DNA of 64,000 nucleotides from Ferruginibacter sp. (GCA_039921685.1 JBDSBG010000005.1:260-64259); one strand, 5' to 3'; counted from the stretch's first letter, positions 29,659 through 38,493 are shown. Notes: generated from the sequence alone by a model not told the origin. Translations and numbers: made by a program.

Positions 29659-30861
29659 ATGTATTACATGAAAAAAATAATCTCATTCATCTCAACGGGC
29701 CTTTTGTTTTTATTATTAACAAGCTGCTTCAACGCATGTACACCAATTCGCAACCTTAGCAATCAGCCGGTACCATATAAAGGAAACAATGTCTTCAAGC
29801 CGCAGGTTCCCACTCATGAAACTGGGAAGAAAAATGTTTTTATTGTTGCGGATACTAAACTCACTGAGCTTTTCGATATGCTTGCTCCCTTTTATTTATT
29901 CAATCAAACAGGTAAAGCTAATGTGTATATAATTGCAAAATCGAAAAGCCCCATCCTTATAAAAAAGGATCTTTACCTGCTGCCGCAAATTACTTTCGGG
30001 GAAGCCGATTCAATGTTGTTGCGGGCAGACGTTATCGTTATCCCCGCATTGTCGGCAAGGGGTGCGCAGCAGGACCCGGTGATCATCTCCTGGATACAAG
30101 ATCATTTCACTCCTGAAACCCGCATCCTGTCAATCTGCGATGGTGCATCTACCGCCGCCGCGACAGGATTATATGATGGTAAACTATTGACCTGCCACGC
30201 TTCAGATTTTAAAGGCATAAAACCAGGCTTCTCAAAACCTTTATGGGTGCAAAATATTGCTGTTACAAAAGATGGCAACCTCTTTAGTACAGCCGGCGTT
30301 TCCAATGCTGTTGAAGGAAGCCTCACTGTAATCAATGAATTATTTGGAAAGGCTACCATGAGTGCAGCCGCTGAAGATATTCATTATCCGCACGCAGAGC
30401 TAACAGTAAATCATAACAGTATTCCAATCAGCGGCAACAGCAAAATGAGGATCCTGAAGAAAGTGATGTTTCACAAAAACAGGAAAATTGATGTTCTGCT
30501 CGCAAATGGAATTAATGAATTCACATTAGCAAGTGTATTAGACACGTATGGGCGCAGTTTTCCATTCTCACTAAACACTGTTCCGATGCCTGGCATTGCT
30601 AACGACTCTATCGTGCATACCAAATACGGTTTAACCCTGCTATGTACCGCGGATCAGAATTATGCAAAGGCTGATGAATTACATGTTCTTTCCAGCATCC
30701 CCCTTACAAAGGAAGAAGTAGGTTATTTTAATAATGCCACCGTAATAAGTTATGATGATCGTTCAGCTCAATATCCCATAGAGATATGCCTTAACAGGAT
30801 ATCAAAACTGTACGGGCATAAGTTTAAAAATGTAGTAAAACTTATGTTGGATTATAACTAA
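29659..30861 (+). CDS. DJ-1/PfpI-family lipoprotein with two DJ-1-like halves
   Basis: Lipobox LLTSC; DVIVIP, SICDGA nucleophile elbow, TAGVSNAVE; degenerate second half. Confidence 0.75.
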   Translation: MYYMKKIISFISTGLLFLLLTSCFNACTPIRNLSNQPVPYKGNNVFKPQVPTHETGKKNVFIVADTKLTELFDMLAPFYLFNQTGKANVYIIAKSKSPILIKKDLYLLPQITFGEADSMLLRADVIVIPALSARGAQQDPVIISWIQDHFTPETRILSICDGASTAAATGLYDGKLLTCHASDFKGIKPGFSKPLWVQNIAVTKDGNLFSTAGVSNAVEGSLTVINELFGKATMSAAAEDIHYPHAELTVNHNSIPISGNSKMRILKKVMFHKNRKIDVLLANGINEFTLASVLDTYGRSFPFSLNTVPMPGIANDSIVHTKYGLTLLCTADQNYAKADELHVLSSIPLTKEEVGYFNNATVISYDDRSAQYPIEICLNRISKLYGHKFKNVVKLMLDYN

Positions 30862-30898
30862 CTTATCAAATCAATAATCATCATTTAAAATCTTTAAA

Positions 30899-31282
30899 AT
30901 GTACGCAGCAATTATTGGAGTCGTATCCGGCATTGTAAGTATAATTACAATTGCCCTGTTAAGGTTGGATAAACCAATTATGTATGGACTCATACTTTCA
31001 GGTATAGGATTTCTTTATGTAGGTTTTACCTGGACAGACTTGCAATCTCTTATCACTAACTGCATCCAGGCACTCGTTTTCGTATTCCTCGCTTATTTAG
31101 GAGTTAAGAAGAATTTATATTTTTTAATCGGGGGTTATTTTTTACACGGACTTTGGGATATGGTGTACGATCTGTTATTTCTGCCGGGATTAATTCCACC
31201 GCATTACGATTGGTTTTGCCTTACGATTGATTTTACAATGGGGTTGTATTTATTTCTTGTTAGAAAGTCCCTCAAAATTTAA
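30899..31282 (+). CDS. Small multi-pass membrane protein (DUF6010-like)
   Basis: Four hydrophobic helices with YVGF, LHGLWD and PPHYDWFC motifs. Confidence 0.6.
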   Translation: MYAAIIGVVSGIVSIITIALLRLDKPIMYGLILSGIGFLYVGFTWTDLQSLITNCIQALVFVFLAYLGVKKNLYFLIGGYFLHGLWDMVYDLLFLPGLIPPHYDWFCLTIDFTMGLYLFLVRKSLKI

Positions 31283-31297
31283 AGAAAACAAAAGTAT

Positions 31298-31870
31298 ATG
31301 CCGCCGATTATAATGCTCATCAAAAATATGGTCTGCCTTCGCTGTATGCTCACGGTTGAAAATATTTTTCGCAACGAATCAATCGATTACCAGGCGATTA
31401 GCCTTGGGGAAGTACGCCTGGAGCAGGTCTCTCCAGAACAGAAAGCCCGGTTATCAAAAAGCCTTGAAAATGTTGGGTTTGAGTTAATAGATAACCGCGG
31501 TAGCGCACTTATTGAAAAAATAAAACAGCTAATTATTAAACGTGCCCGCAATGATGCAAATGAAGAAGATAGTAAAACTAAATTATCAAATTATCTTTCT
31601 GCAAATGTTAATCATGAATACAGCTACCTCAGTAGTCTTTTTTCTTCCGTAGAAGGAAGGACAATTGAAAATTATTTTATAGAACAAAGAATTGAAAAGG
31701 CAAAAGAATTGCTTGTTTACGGGCAAATGACATTATCACAAATAGCTTTTGATCTTGAATATAGCAGCACAGCTCATCTCTCCGCCCAGTTTAAAAAGGT
31801 TACAGGTTTAACGCCATCTTTCTTTAAAGAATTAAGAACAGTAAAGCGTAGATTCCTGGATAATGTTTGA
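31298..31870 (+). CDS. AraC-family regulator with N-terminal CxxC (HMA-like) metal-sensing domain
   Basis: IKNMVCLRC N-terminus; C-terminal IEKAKELL..TLSQIAFDLEYSSTAHLSAQFKKVTGLTPS. Confidence 0.9.
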   Translation: MPPIIMLIKNMVCLRCMLTVENIFRNESIDYQAISLGEVRLEQVSPEQKARLSKSLENVGFELIDNRGSALIEKIKQLIIKRARNDANEEDSKTKLSNYLSANVNHEYSYLSSLFSSVEGRTIENYFIEQRIEKAKELLVYGQMTLSQIAFDLEYSSTAHLSAQFKKVTGLTPSFFKELRTVKRRFLDNV

Positions 31871-31955
31871 GGAAAGTTTCATTTGCAGCCCGGTTTTTAC
31901 AAACCAAAACACAGTGAACAACTATCGAAAGCCGCTGAATAAAATCCCAAAATTA

Positions 31956-32011
31956 TATAACAGTTACCCAAAGCGATGTAACATCGCCACTGCCTTCCAG
32001 GTTTACTTTTG
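31956..32011 (+). promoter_or_regulatory. Promoter with TRTAA-N16-TGTAA direct repeat and TAnnTTTG -7 box (copy 1)
   Basis: TATAA 31956, TGTAA 31977, TACTTTTG 32004; includes the inverted repeat GCGATGT-A-ACATCGC. Confidence 0.7.
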
Positions 32012-32043
32012 TGATATCAAATAACAATTAAAAAACAACAATC

Positions 32044-32169
32044 ATGAAATCAGTAACAACAACAAACAAAGCAATCGAAACAGCAAACAATGTAAAATGC
32101 AGCAATCCAACATGTACCTGCGTTGATTGTAGATGTGGTTCTACATGTACCTGTGCAAATTGCAGGTAA
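32044..32169 (+). CDS. Metallothionein-like peptide, copy 1 (41 aa, 8 Cys)
   Basis: MKSVTTTNKAIETANNVKCSNPTCTCVDCRCGSTCTCANCR; own -7 promoter box, A-rich leader and downstream terminator; not in the supplied ORF track. Confidence 0.85.
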   Translation: MKSVTTTNKAIETANNVKCSNPTCTCVDCRCGSTCTCANCR

Positions 32170-32192
32170 GCTATTGCAAGAAACACGTAAGG

Positions 32193-32219
32193 GCCGTTCC
32201 GGAAGGACGGCTTTTTTTT
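32193..32219 (+). terminator. Intrinsic terminator after metallothionein-like copy 1
   Basis: GCCGTTC-CGGAA-GGACGGC stem followed by T8. Confidence 0.85.
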
Positions 32220-32327
32220 ATTTCAATTGTTTGCTTTGCTGCGGCAAGCTTCTCCCTTTCGTCTTCACTAGTCCAAACCGAATCACCAAAATAAAAGTTG
32301 CTTTACCATGTTTTTATCCCAAAATTA

Positions 32328-32383
32328 TATAACAGTTACCCAAAGCGATGTAACATCGCCACTGCCTTCCAGGTATACTTTTG
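32328..32383 (+). promoter_or_regulatory. Promoter with TRTAA-N16-TGTAA and TAnnTTTG (copy 2)
   Basis: Duplicate of 31956-32011 at +372 bp. Confidence 0.7.
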
Positions 32384-32415
32384 TGATATCAAATAACAAT
32401 TAAAAAACAACAATC

Positions 32416-32541
32416 ATGAAATCAGTAACAACAACAAACAAAGCAATCGAATCAGCAAGCAATGTAAAATGCAGCAATCCAACCTGCACCTGCGTTGATT
32501 GTAAATGTGGTTCTACATGTACCTGTGCAAATTGCAGGTAA
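32416..32541 (+). CDS. Metallothionein-like peptide, copy 2 (41 aa, 8 Cys)
   Basis: MKSVTTTNKAIESASNVKCSNPTCTCVDCKCGSTCTCANCR; three conservative substitutions versus copy 1, all Cys retained. Confidence 0.85.
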   Translation: MKSVTTTNKAIESASNVKCSNPTCTCVDCKCGSTCTCANCR

Positions 32542-32555
32542 GGTCGCTCAATTGT

Positions 32556-32587
32556 AAAAAAGGCCGTTTAATTGAGGCGGCCTTTTT
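32556..32587 (+). terminator. Intrinsic, potentially bidirectional terminator after copy 2
   Basis: A-run, GGCCGTTT/AGGCGGCC stem, TTTTT. Confidence 0.8.
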
Positions 32588-32702
32588 ACTCTTAGAACAT
32601 CGCTGGTTTAGCTTGTCCTTTTTTGACATCAGGTTGTCTTTTAACCGCTATCCTGCAAACTTATCTTCGCATAAGAAATGATTAAACCAAGCAACAAAAA
32701 AA

Positions 32703-33128
32703 ATGATCATGAAAAAATATATAATCTTACTGATGATTTATCTACTGGCAGTTGTAAGTGGCTTCGCCCAGTCAAATAGTTCATCCAGCCGAATAAAAGG
32801 CATCTATTGGTCGCCAAAGAAAGACGCAAAAATTGAAATCTATGAAAAAGGAGGCAAGTATTTCGGCAAAACCATTTGGATAGCAACGCCTGGCAAAGAC
32901 AAAAATAATCCGGTAGAAACATTAAGACAAAGAGACTTGTTGGGTTTAAACCTGCTTGCTGGTTTTACATTCAACGATGAGGTATATTCCGGTGGTGAGG
33001 TGTATGACCCAGGCAACGGGAAAACTTATGATTGTAAAATGTCCTTAAATGGTGATCAGCTCAAAGTGAGGGGGTATATAGGTATTTCGCTTTTCGGGCG
33101 TACAGAATATTTCCAAAGAATAAAATAA
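32703..33128 (+). CDS. DUF2147-family secreted protein
   Basis: Signal peptide; YFGKTIW, DKNNPV, GEVYDPGNGKTY, LKVRGYIGISLFGRT motifs. Confidence 0.85.
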   Translation: MIMKKYIILLMIYLLAVVSGFAQSNSSSSRIKGIYWSPKKDAKIEIYEKGGKYFGKTIWIATPGKDKNNPVETLRQRDLLGLNLLAGFTFNDEVYSGGEVYDPGNGKTYDCKMSLNGDQLKVRGYIGISLFGRTEYFQRIK

Positions 33129-33151
33129 ATATAAGAAAATTAAATTTCCAT

Positions 33152-33373
33152 ATGAACAGTTTGATCGGGATCTTCAAAACAGATGTGCAAAATAAAACAC
33201 AGGCACGTTTAATAACACGCCTTCTCAAAGCGGGTTTATTTAACATAAAAATAAATTTCGACCTTGATGACTGCGATAAAATTTTGAGGGTAGAGGGACT
33301 CAACGAGTTATACTCACAGGAAATCATAAACGATTTGGGAAAGTTGGGATTCAAGTGTGAAGTACTGAATTGA
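33152..33373 (+). CDS. Small HMA-like (ferredoxin-fold) protein
   Basis: IFKTDV...INFDLDDCDKILRVEG...LGFKCEVL, a recurrent Bacteroidota small-protein pattern. Confidence 0.6.
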   Translation: MNSLIGIFKTDVQNKTQARLITRLLKAGLFNIKINFDLDDCDKILRVEGLNELYSQEIINDLGKLGFKCEVLN

Positions 33374-33460
33374 ACTCAATTCTTTCACTGTCATTTGATG
33401 TACATACTCACCTGGAACTGAACATCTCTTACCTTTATTACAGAACAATAAAACAACAAA

Positions 33461-34375
33461 ATGCAAACAGTAGCTTTTATTATTCCGCCCCATGTTGAGT
33501 TGCTCGACCTTGCTGGTCCCGTCCAGGTTTTTACTGAGGCGAAATTTTATGGGTTTGAAGTTGATATCAGGTTTTATCAATTCAACGATTCACCTGTTAG
33601 TACTGCCGGGCTAGGTTTTGGTGAAATATTAAATTATGCTGAAGCAAAACTAAAAGAGGGAGACTTTGTTTTTATCCCCGGGATGGATTTTGAATATGTG
33701 AACAGCATTTCATTCCGGGCAGAAACAGCATTTTTCAAATGGCTAAAAGAATGTTCTGGTAAACACGTTACAGTTTGCTCAATTTGTAATGGGGCATTTG
33801 CTTTAGGAATGGCAGGTTTGCTTAAAGATACTGAATGCACTACGCATTGGAGAAGAGTAAAAGAATTACAAACCCAATTTCCAACTGCTAAGGTGGTTGC
33901 CGATATCCTTTACATAAAGAGTAATAATGTTTATACCAGTGCAGGCATAAGTGCGGGTATCGACCTGGCACTTGCCATCCTGGAGGACTTAAAAGGCCCA
34001 TTATTCACTCATAAAGTGGCAAGAGGGTTGGTTGTTTATCACCGTAGAAGTGGCCGACACAACCAGCAAAGCATTTACCTGGATTATAGAAATCACATCA
34101 ACCCACAGGTACACGAAGTGCAGGACTACCTTATTGATAATCTCTCGGGAGAAAATGATATTGAAACACTGGCTTCACTGGTGAATATGAGTGCAAGAAA
34201 CCTCAGCAGGGTTTTCAAAGAAAAAACGGGATCAACGATACTAGAATACCTCACACTGTTACGAAAAGAATATGCCAGTACCATGCTAAACAATCCTGAA
34301 TACACAATCGAATACATAGCATCTCAATGTGGTTTTAAAACCGCCCGGCAATTGCAGCGGATACTTAAGAAATAA
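33461..34375 (+). CDS. GlxA-family regulator (DJ-1 domain plus AraC HTH)
   Basis: LLDLAGPVQVF, SICNGAF, TTHW, TSAGISAGIDLAL; AraC C-terminus MSARNLSRVFK..IASQCGF. Confidence 0.92.
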   Translation: MQTVAFIIPPHVELLDLAGPVQVFTEAKFYGFEVDIRFYQFNDSPVSTAGLGFGEILNYAEAKLKEGDFVFIPGMDFEYVNSISFRAETAFFKWLKECSGKHVTVCSICNGAFALGMAGLLKDTECTTHWRRVKELQTQFPTAKVVADILYIKSNNVYTSAGISAGIDLALAILEDLKGPLFTHKVARGLVVYHRRSGRHNQQSIYLDYRNHINPQVHEVQDYLIDNLSGENDIETLASLVNMSARNLSRVFKEKTGSTILEYLTLLRKEYASTMLNNPEYTIEYIASQCGFKTARQLQRILKK

Positions 34376-34552
34376 CGATGTTTAAAAAAATTAGATGTAC
34401 AACTATTTTCATCTGCGTATGGCAATCTAATGGCAAGAGCTAAAATTACCAAGCAGCCAGGTACCCATTTATATCATCTTAGTGGAACGCTCTTATATTT
34501 CTTTTAAAAACCGTACATTTACATACATCAGTTCCAACCTAAAACCGCCATT

Positions 34553-36226
34553 ATGAATCACAGTTTTACCCGTGTTATTTTTTCGATATGTTTGTTCCTG
34601 GGCATATTTGTTTCAACAAGTGCCACTGCCCAATGTAATTCGTCATTTACTTTCGCTCAAGTTACAAATACATTTACGGCTGAATTTGTAGACAACTCTA
34701 CAAGCCCGGGCGGCGTTGTAACTTCATGGCTTTGGGAATTTGGCGATGGTACCAGCAGCACATTGCAAAACCCGCATCATACATTCACAAGCGCAGGCAC
34801 TTTTCATGTTTGCCTTTCCATTCACGACAACCAGGGTTGTACAAACCAGGTATGTCACGATATCATTATTGCTCAAGGTTCCGCCAACTGCCATTCGGCA
34901 TTCAATTTTGCCCAGATCAGCAATAGCCTTGCTGTAGAATTTGTTGATTTATCTACAACAGCAGGTCCGGCAGCGATTACATCGTGGCTATGGAATTTTG
35001 GTGATGGCACCACGAGCACTGAACAAAATCCGCATCATACATTTACGCATGATGGAACTTTCCATGTGTGCCTTATCACCCATGATAACCAGGGTTGCGT
35101 AAGCGACGTTTGCCATGATGTCGTGGTAAATCCTGTACCATCCAGTTGTCATTCGGCCTATACTTTTGCACAGATCGCAAATACATTAACGGTTGATTTT
35201 ACAGATGCTTCTACAACAGCCAATACAATGACCAACTGGCAATGGAATTTTGGTGATGGTACCAGCAGTACGGATCAAAACCCACATCATACTTTTACGC
35301 ATGATGGTACATTTCATGTATGCCTCATTACCCATGATAGCCAGGGCTGTGTCAGCGATGTGTGCCATGATGTAGTAGTAACGGGAACGGGTGTCCCGGT
35401 TTCTTGCCACGCTTTATATACCATTTCAAATACAAACAATCCGTTTGAAATACACTTTACCGATGCATCCACAAGTCCCAACACGGTCACATCATGGCTA
35501 TGGGATTTTGGAGATGGAAGTTCCAGCCACGATCAAAACATTACACACACATATACGCATGATGGCATTTATCATGTTTGTTTAACCATTCACGACAACC
35601 AGGGTTGTACCAGTACATATTGTCATGAGATAACCATACAGCACAATCCAATTGCCTGCCATGCCCAATATAGTTTTCATGCAGATTCAACTGGTACTAT
35701 CCATTTTACAAATACAACAACGGGCACAACAGCACATACCGTTTATTCATGGAATTTTGGTGACGGTACAAGTTCAACGAGCGAAAATCCTCATCACCAG
35801 TTTGACCATCCCGGCCACTACACCGTCTGTCTTTTCATACAGGACAGTACAACTGGTTGTGAATCTCATTTCTGCCACAGTATAGAAAACAATCAAAGGA
35901 ACAGCCATGCACTTGTTTCACAATATTACTTTGTAAACAATGATGGTTCTACGATAACATTAGATGGAGAGCAATATATCGTTGGTTATCCCAATCCTTT
36001 CAGGACCAGCATGACCATTCAGTATGAACTTACCAATGATGCAGTGGTAAAGATTGATATTATGGATCGTAACGGAAGGCGTATGAGACAAGTTTTAAAC
36101 GAGAGTCAATCAGCAGGCCAGCATACCCAAACAATCAATGCAGGTAGTTTAAGTTCCGGTCTGTATTTCTTAAAGATGAATGTAGGTGGGGAAAACTTCC
36201 AAAAGAAAATTATGATTATTAAATGA
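34553..36226 (+). CDS. His-rich protein with five PKD repeats and a T9SS type A sorting domain
   Basis: Signal peptide; five units of C..F...W.W.FGDG....NPHH.F.H.G..HVCL..HD..GC....CH; C-terminal YPNPF...LSSGLYFLKM...KKIMIIK. Confidence 0.85.
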   Translation: MNHSFTRVIFSICLFLGIFVSTSATAQCNSSFTFAQVTNTFTAEFVDNSTSPGGVVTSWLWEFGDGTSSTLQNPHHTFTSAGTFHVCLSIHDNQGCTNQVCHDIIIAQGSANCHSAFNFAQISNSLAVEFVDLSTTAGPAAITSWLWNFGDGTTSTEQNPHHTFTHDGTFHVCLITHDNQGCVSDVCHDVVVNPVPSSCHSAYTFAQIANTLTVDFTDASTTANTMTNWQWNFGDGTSSTDQNPHHTFTHDGTFHVCLITHDSQGCVSDVCHDVVVTGTGVPVSCHALYTISNTNNPFEIHFTDASTSPNTVTSWLWDFGDGSSSHDQNITHTYTHDGIYHVCLTIHDNQGCTSTYCHEITIQHNPIACHAQYSFHADSTGTIHFTNTTTGTTAHTVYSWNFGDGTSSTSENPHHQFDHPGHYTVCLFIQDSTTGCESHFCHSIENNQRNSHALVSQYYFVNNDGSTITLDGEQYIVGYPNPFRTSMTIQYELTNDAVVKIDIMDRNGRRMRQVLNESQSAGQHTQTINAGSLSSGLYFLKMNVGGENFQKKIMIIK

Positions 36227-36251
36227 TGATCAATGTGAATTAACTGATAAG

Positions 36252-36277
36252 AGCCTTGCAGTATTGCAAGGCTTTTT
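36252..36277 (+). terminator. Intrinsic terminator after the PKD gene
   Basis: AGCCTTGCA-GTAT-TGCAAGGCT followed by a T run. Confidence 0.8.
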
Positions 36278-36369
36278 CATGTTAGCCTGAATTGAAATGA
36301 TAGGCAGGCTCAGGCCGACAGACAAGTATTAATTTAATTGATATAACCGATGATCTTTACATTTGCAGA

Positions 36370-36939
36370 ATGCTTTTATACATAAAAAACATGGTGTGCA
36401 ATCGTTGTATTCACATCGTTGAAGAGGAACTCAACAAGCTCCAATTGAATCCTGTTTATGTTCGCATGGGTGAAGTGAACCTGGCAAAACCTGCCAATGA
36501 AAAACAACTGCAGGAACTTGACGTAAAACTGAGATCCTATGGCTTTGAATTATTGGACGATCAAAAGCAAAAGCAGATAGAGAAAATAAAAAACCTCCTG
36601 ATAAAAAAAGTTCAGACAGGGGAAATAGAAGAACATTTTAGCATTATCCATTTTTTAAGCAACTCGCTTCACAAAGATTATAGTAATGTTTCCCGTTTGT
36701 TTTCAGAAGTTGAAGGTATTACCATTGAACAATTCTTTATTCTGCAGAAAATAGAAAAAGTAAAGGAATTATTGGTTTACGCTGAAATGAACCTTAACGA
36801 AATTTCGTTCCAGTTAGGTTATAGCAGTTCAGCGCATTTATCAGGCCAGTTCAAAAAAGTAACAGGCCTTAGTCCCAGTCATTTCAAAAAGATTGGCGCA
36901 TTACAGCGAAAATCCCTCGACGAAGTAAGCAACAAATAA
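36370..36939 (+). CDS. AraC-family regulator with N-terminal CxxC (HMA-like) domain, second paralogue
   Basis: IKNMVCNRC; IEKVKELL..EISFQLGYSSSAHLSGQFKKVTGLSPS. Confidence 0.9.
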   Translation: MLLYIKNMVCNRCIHIVEEELNKLQLNPVYVRMGEVNLAKPANEKQLQELDVKLRSYGFELLDDQKQKQIEKIKNLLIKKVQTGEIEEHFSIIHFLSNSLHKDYSNVSRLFSEVEGITIEQFFILQKIEKVKELLVYAEMNLNEISFQLGYSSSAHLSGQFKKVTGLSPSHFKKIGALQRKSLDEVSNK

Positions 36940-36940
36940 A

Positions 36941-36996
36941 TGTAAATTATTGCGCAAATCCTGTAATGATTGCAGGAACAGGTCATAGTAGCTTTG
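36941..36996 (+). promoter_or_regulatory. Promoter with TGTAA-N16-TGTAA and TAnnTTTG (third instance)
   Basis: TGTAA 36941, TGTAA 36962, TAGCTTTG 36989: the same 21-bp and 27-bp spacings as at 31956 and 32328. Confidence 0.7.
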
Positions 36997-37014
36997 TATT
37001 CTAAATTAAATACT

Positions 37015-37743
37015 ATGACACATACATATAATATTACCGGGATGACCTGCGGGGGATGCGTTGCAAAAGCTAAAAGTGCATTGCTTAAATTGGGTGATAT
37101 AACCGAGGCAGAAGTACAGCTTTCATCGCCCCAGGCTACGATTACCATGGCCAAGCACATACCTGTTTCATTATTACAAAAAGCGCTCAATAACGCGGGA
37201 CCTTATTCGATTACTGAAACCAACGCTGTTATTCATCATTCCATTGATACTCCGTCAGAAAGTTCTTCCTGGCTGCAAACATATAAGCCCATCCTGATCA
37301 TTGCCGCTTACATTACTGCAATTAGTCTTCTGATTGAGACCCAAACAGGATTTCATTTGGAAAACTGGATGCAGAATTTCATGGCAGGTTTTTTTATAGT
37401 ATTTTGTTTCTTTAAAGTACTCGATCTGAAAGGCTTCGCAGACAGCTATGCTACTTATGATATCATTGCAAAAAGATGGCACGGCTGGGGATATGTGTAT
37501 GCTTTTATAGAACTTGGCCTTGGTATTGCTTATCTCCTGAAGCTTAACCCGCTGTTTACAAATGCGATTACTTTTGTCGTCATGAGTGTTAGTTTAATTG
37601 GGGTGCTTCAGGCAGTATTGAAGAAGCAAAAGATTCGATGTGCATGCCTGGGCGCAGTGTTTAACCTGCCCATGAGTACAGTTACTATACTGGAGGATGT
37701 CATCATGATTGGGATGTCTTTGCTGATGCTCTTGCACCAATAA
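37015..37743 (+). CDS. HMA domain fused to MauE/DoxX-like membrane domain
   Basis: YNITGMTCGGCV HMA motif; TM helices; CACLG motif. Start set at MTHTY. Confidence 0.85.
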   Translation: MTHTYNITGMTCGGCVAKAKSALLKLGDITEAEVQLSSPQATITMAKHIPVSLLQKALNNAGPYSITETNAVIHHSIDTPSESSSWLQTYKPILIIAAYITAISLLIETQTGFHLENWMQNFMAGFFIVFCFFKVLDLKGFADSYATYDIIAKRWHGWGYVYAFIELGLGIAYLLKLNPLFTNAITFVVMSVSLIGVLQAVLKKQKIRCACLGAVFNLPMSTVTILEDVIMIGMSLLMLLHQ

Positions 37744-38019
37744 GCAGTTGGCTACGGAAACTGTGGTTGATTAAACCGATGAACAGGCAAACATAAGCGC
37801 ATCTTGCTTTTACAAATCTTATTTTCGCTTTTTATTATATAAATGTGATACACAACTTTCAATTTATTTCTACGGTTCCAAATGCCAGGGTTCAGCATCC
37901 TCCGGGAGCAGACATTCGGATAACGATCCAGTCTTTCCAGATTTGATTTCAGGCTAAATCTTTGTACCCATGAATGCACATGCCTAAAAATAATTCTATA
38001 ACATAAATAAATCAAAAAG

Positions 38020-38493
38020 ATGAAATCAATATTATTAACTGTTGCTTTATTCGCAACCATATTCGTTCAAAAAACAGTTGCCCAGGATAGCACAAAAAAC
38101 CAGGCTTCTCAATTACTCAGTGCATACTACAGTATAAAAGACGCGTTGGTGAGCAGCAATGCAAAAGCAGCAGCAAATGCAAGCGAAGATTTTATAAAAG
38201 CGCTAAATGCTGCAGATAAGGAAACCGTAAAGGATGAAGCACGCAACGCATTATTAAAAGATGCTGAAGTTATTGCTAAATCCAAAGATCTCAATAAACA
38301 ACGGGAAACCTTTTCCAATTTATCTTCTGGCATGTATGCATTGGCGAAAGCAGTAAAGCTGTCGGCAGATCCTGTTTACCAGCAATACTGCCCAATGAAA
38401 AAAGCATCCTGGCTCAGTAGCAATAAGGCAATTAAAAATCCTTATTACGGCAGCGCTATGCTTACCTGCGGCAGCGTAAAGGAAACACTTTAA
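38020..38493 (+). CDS. DUF3347-family periplasmic protein
   Basis: Signal peptide; YYSIKDALV; YCPMKKASWLS...NPYYGSAMLTCG. Confidence 0.85.
   Translation: MKSILLTVALFATIFVQKTVAQDSTKNQASQLLSAYYSIKDALVSSNAKAAANASEDFIKALNAADKETVKDEARNALLKDAEVIAKSKDLNKQRETFSNLSSGMYALAKAVKLSADPVYQQYCPMKKASWLSSNKAIKNPYYGSAMLTCGSVKETL

Larger units (their letters stand above)
31944..32542 (+). repeat. Tandem duplication of a 227-bp promoter plus small-gene unit (31944-32170 and 32316-32542, offset 372 bp)
   Basis: Near-identical sequence from ATCCCAAAATTATATAACAG to TGCAGGTAAG, with few substitutions. Confidence 0.95.

Noticed and set aside
32123-32332. 69-aa ORF in the supplied track
   Set aside because: It overlaps the metallothionein-like ORF out of frame and runs through a strong terminator.
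31944-32542. CRISPR array or IS ends suggested by the long direct repeat
   Set aside because: Only two 227-bp units, each containing a promoter and an ORF; no repeat-spacer periodicity, cas gene or transposase.
34700-35880. DNA-level repeats of about 255 bp as a mobile or diversity-generating element
   Set aside because: Fully explained by the tandem PKD domains; the differences are mostly third-position changes and no reverse transcriptase is nearby.
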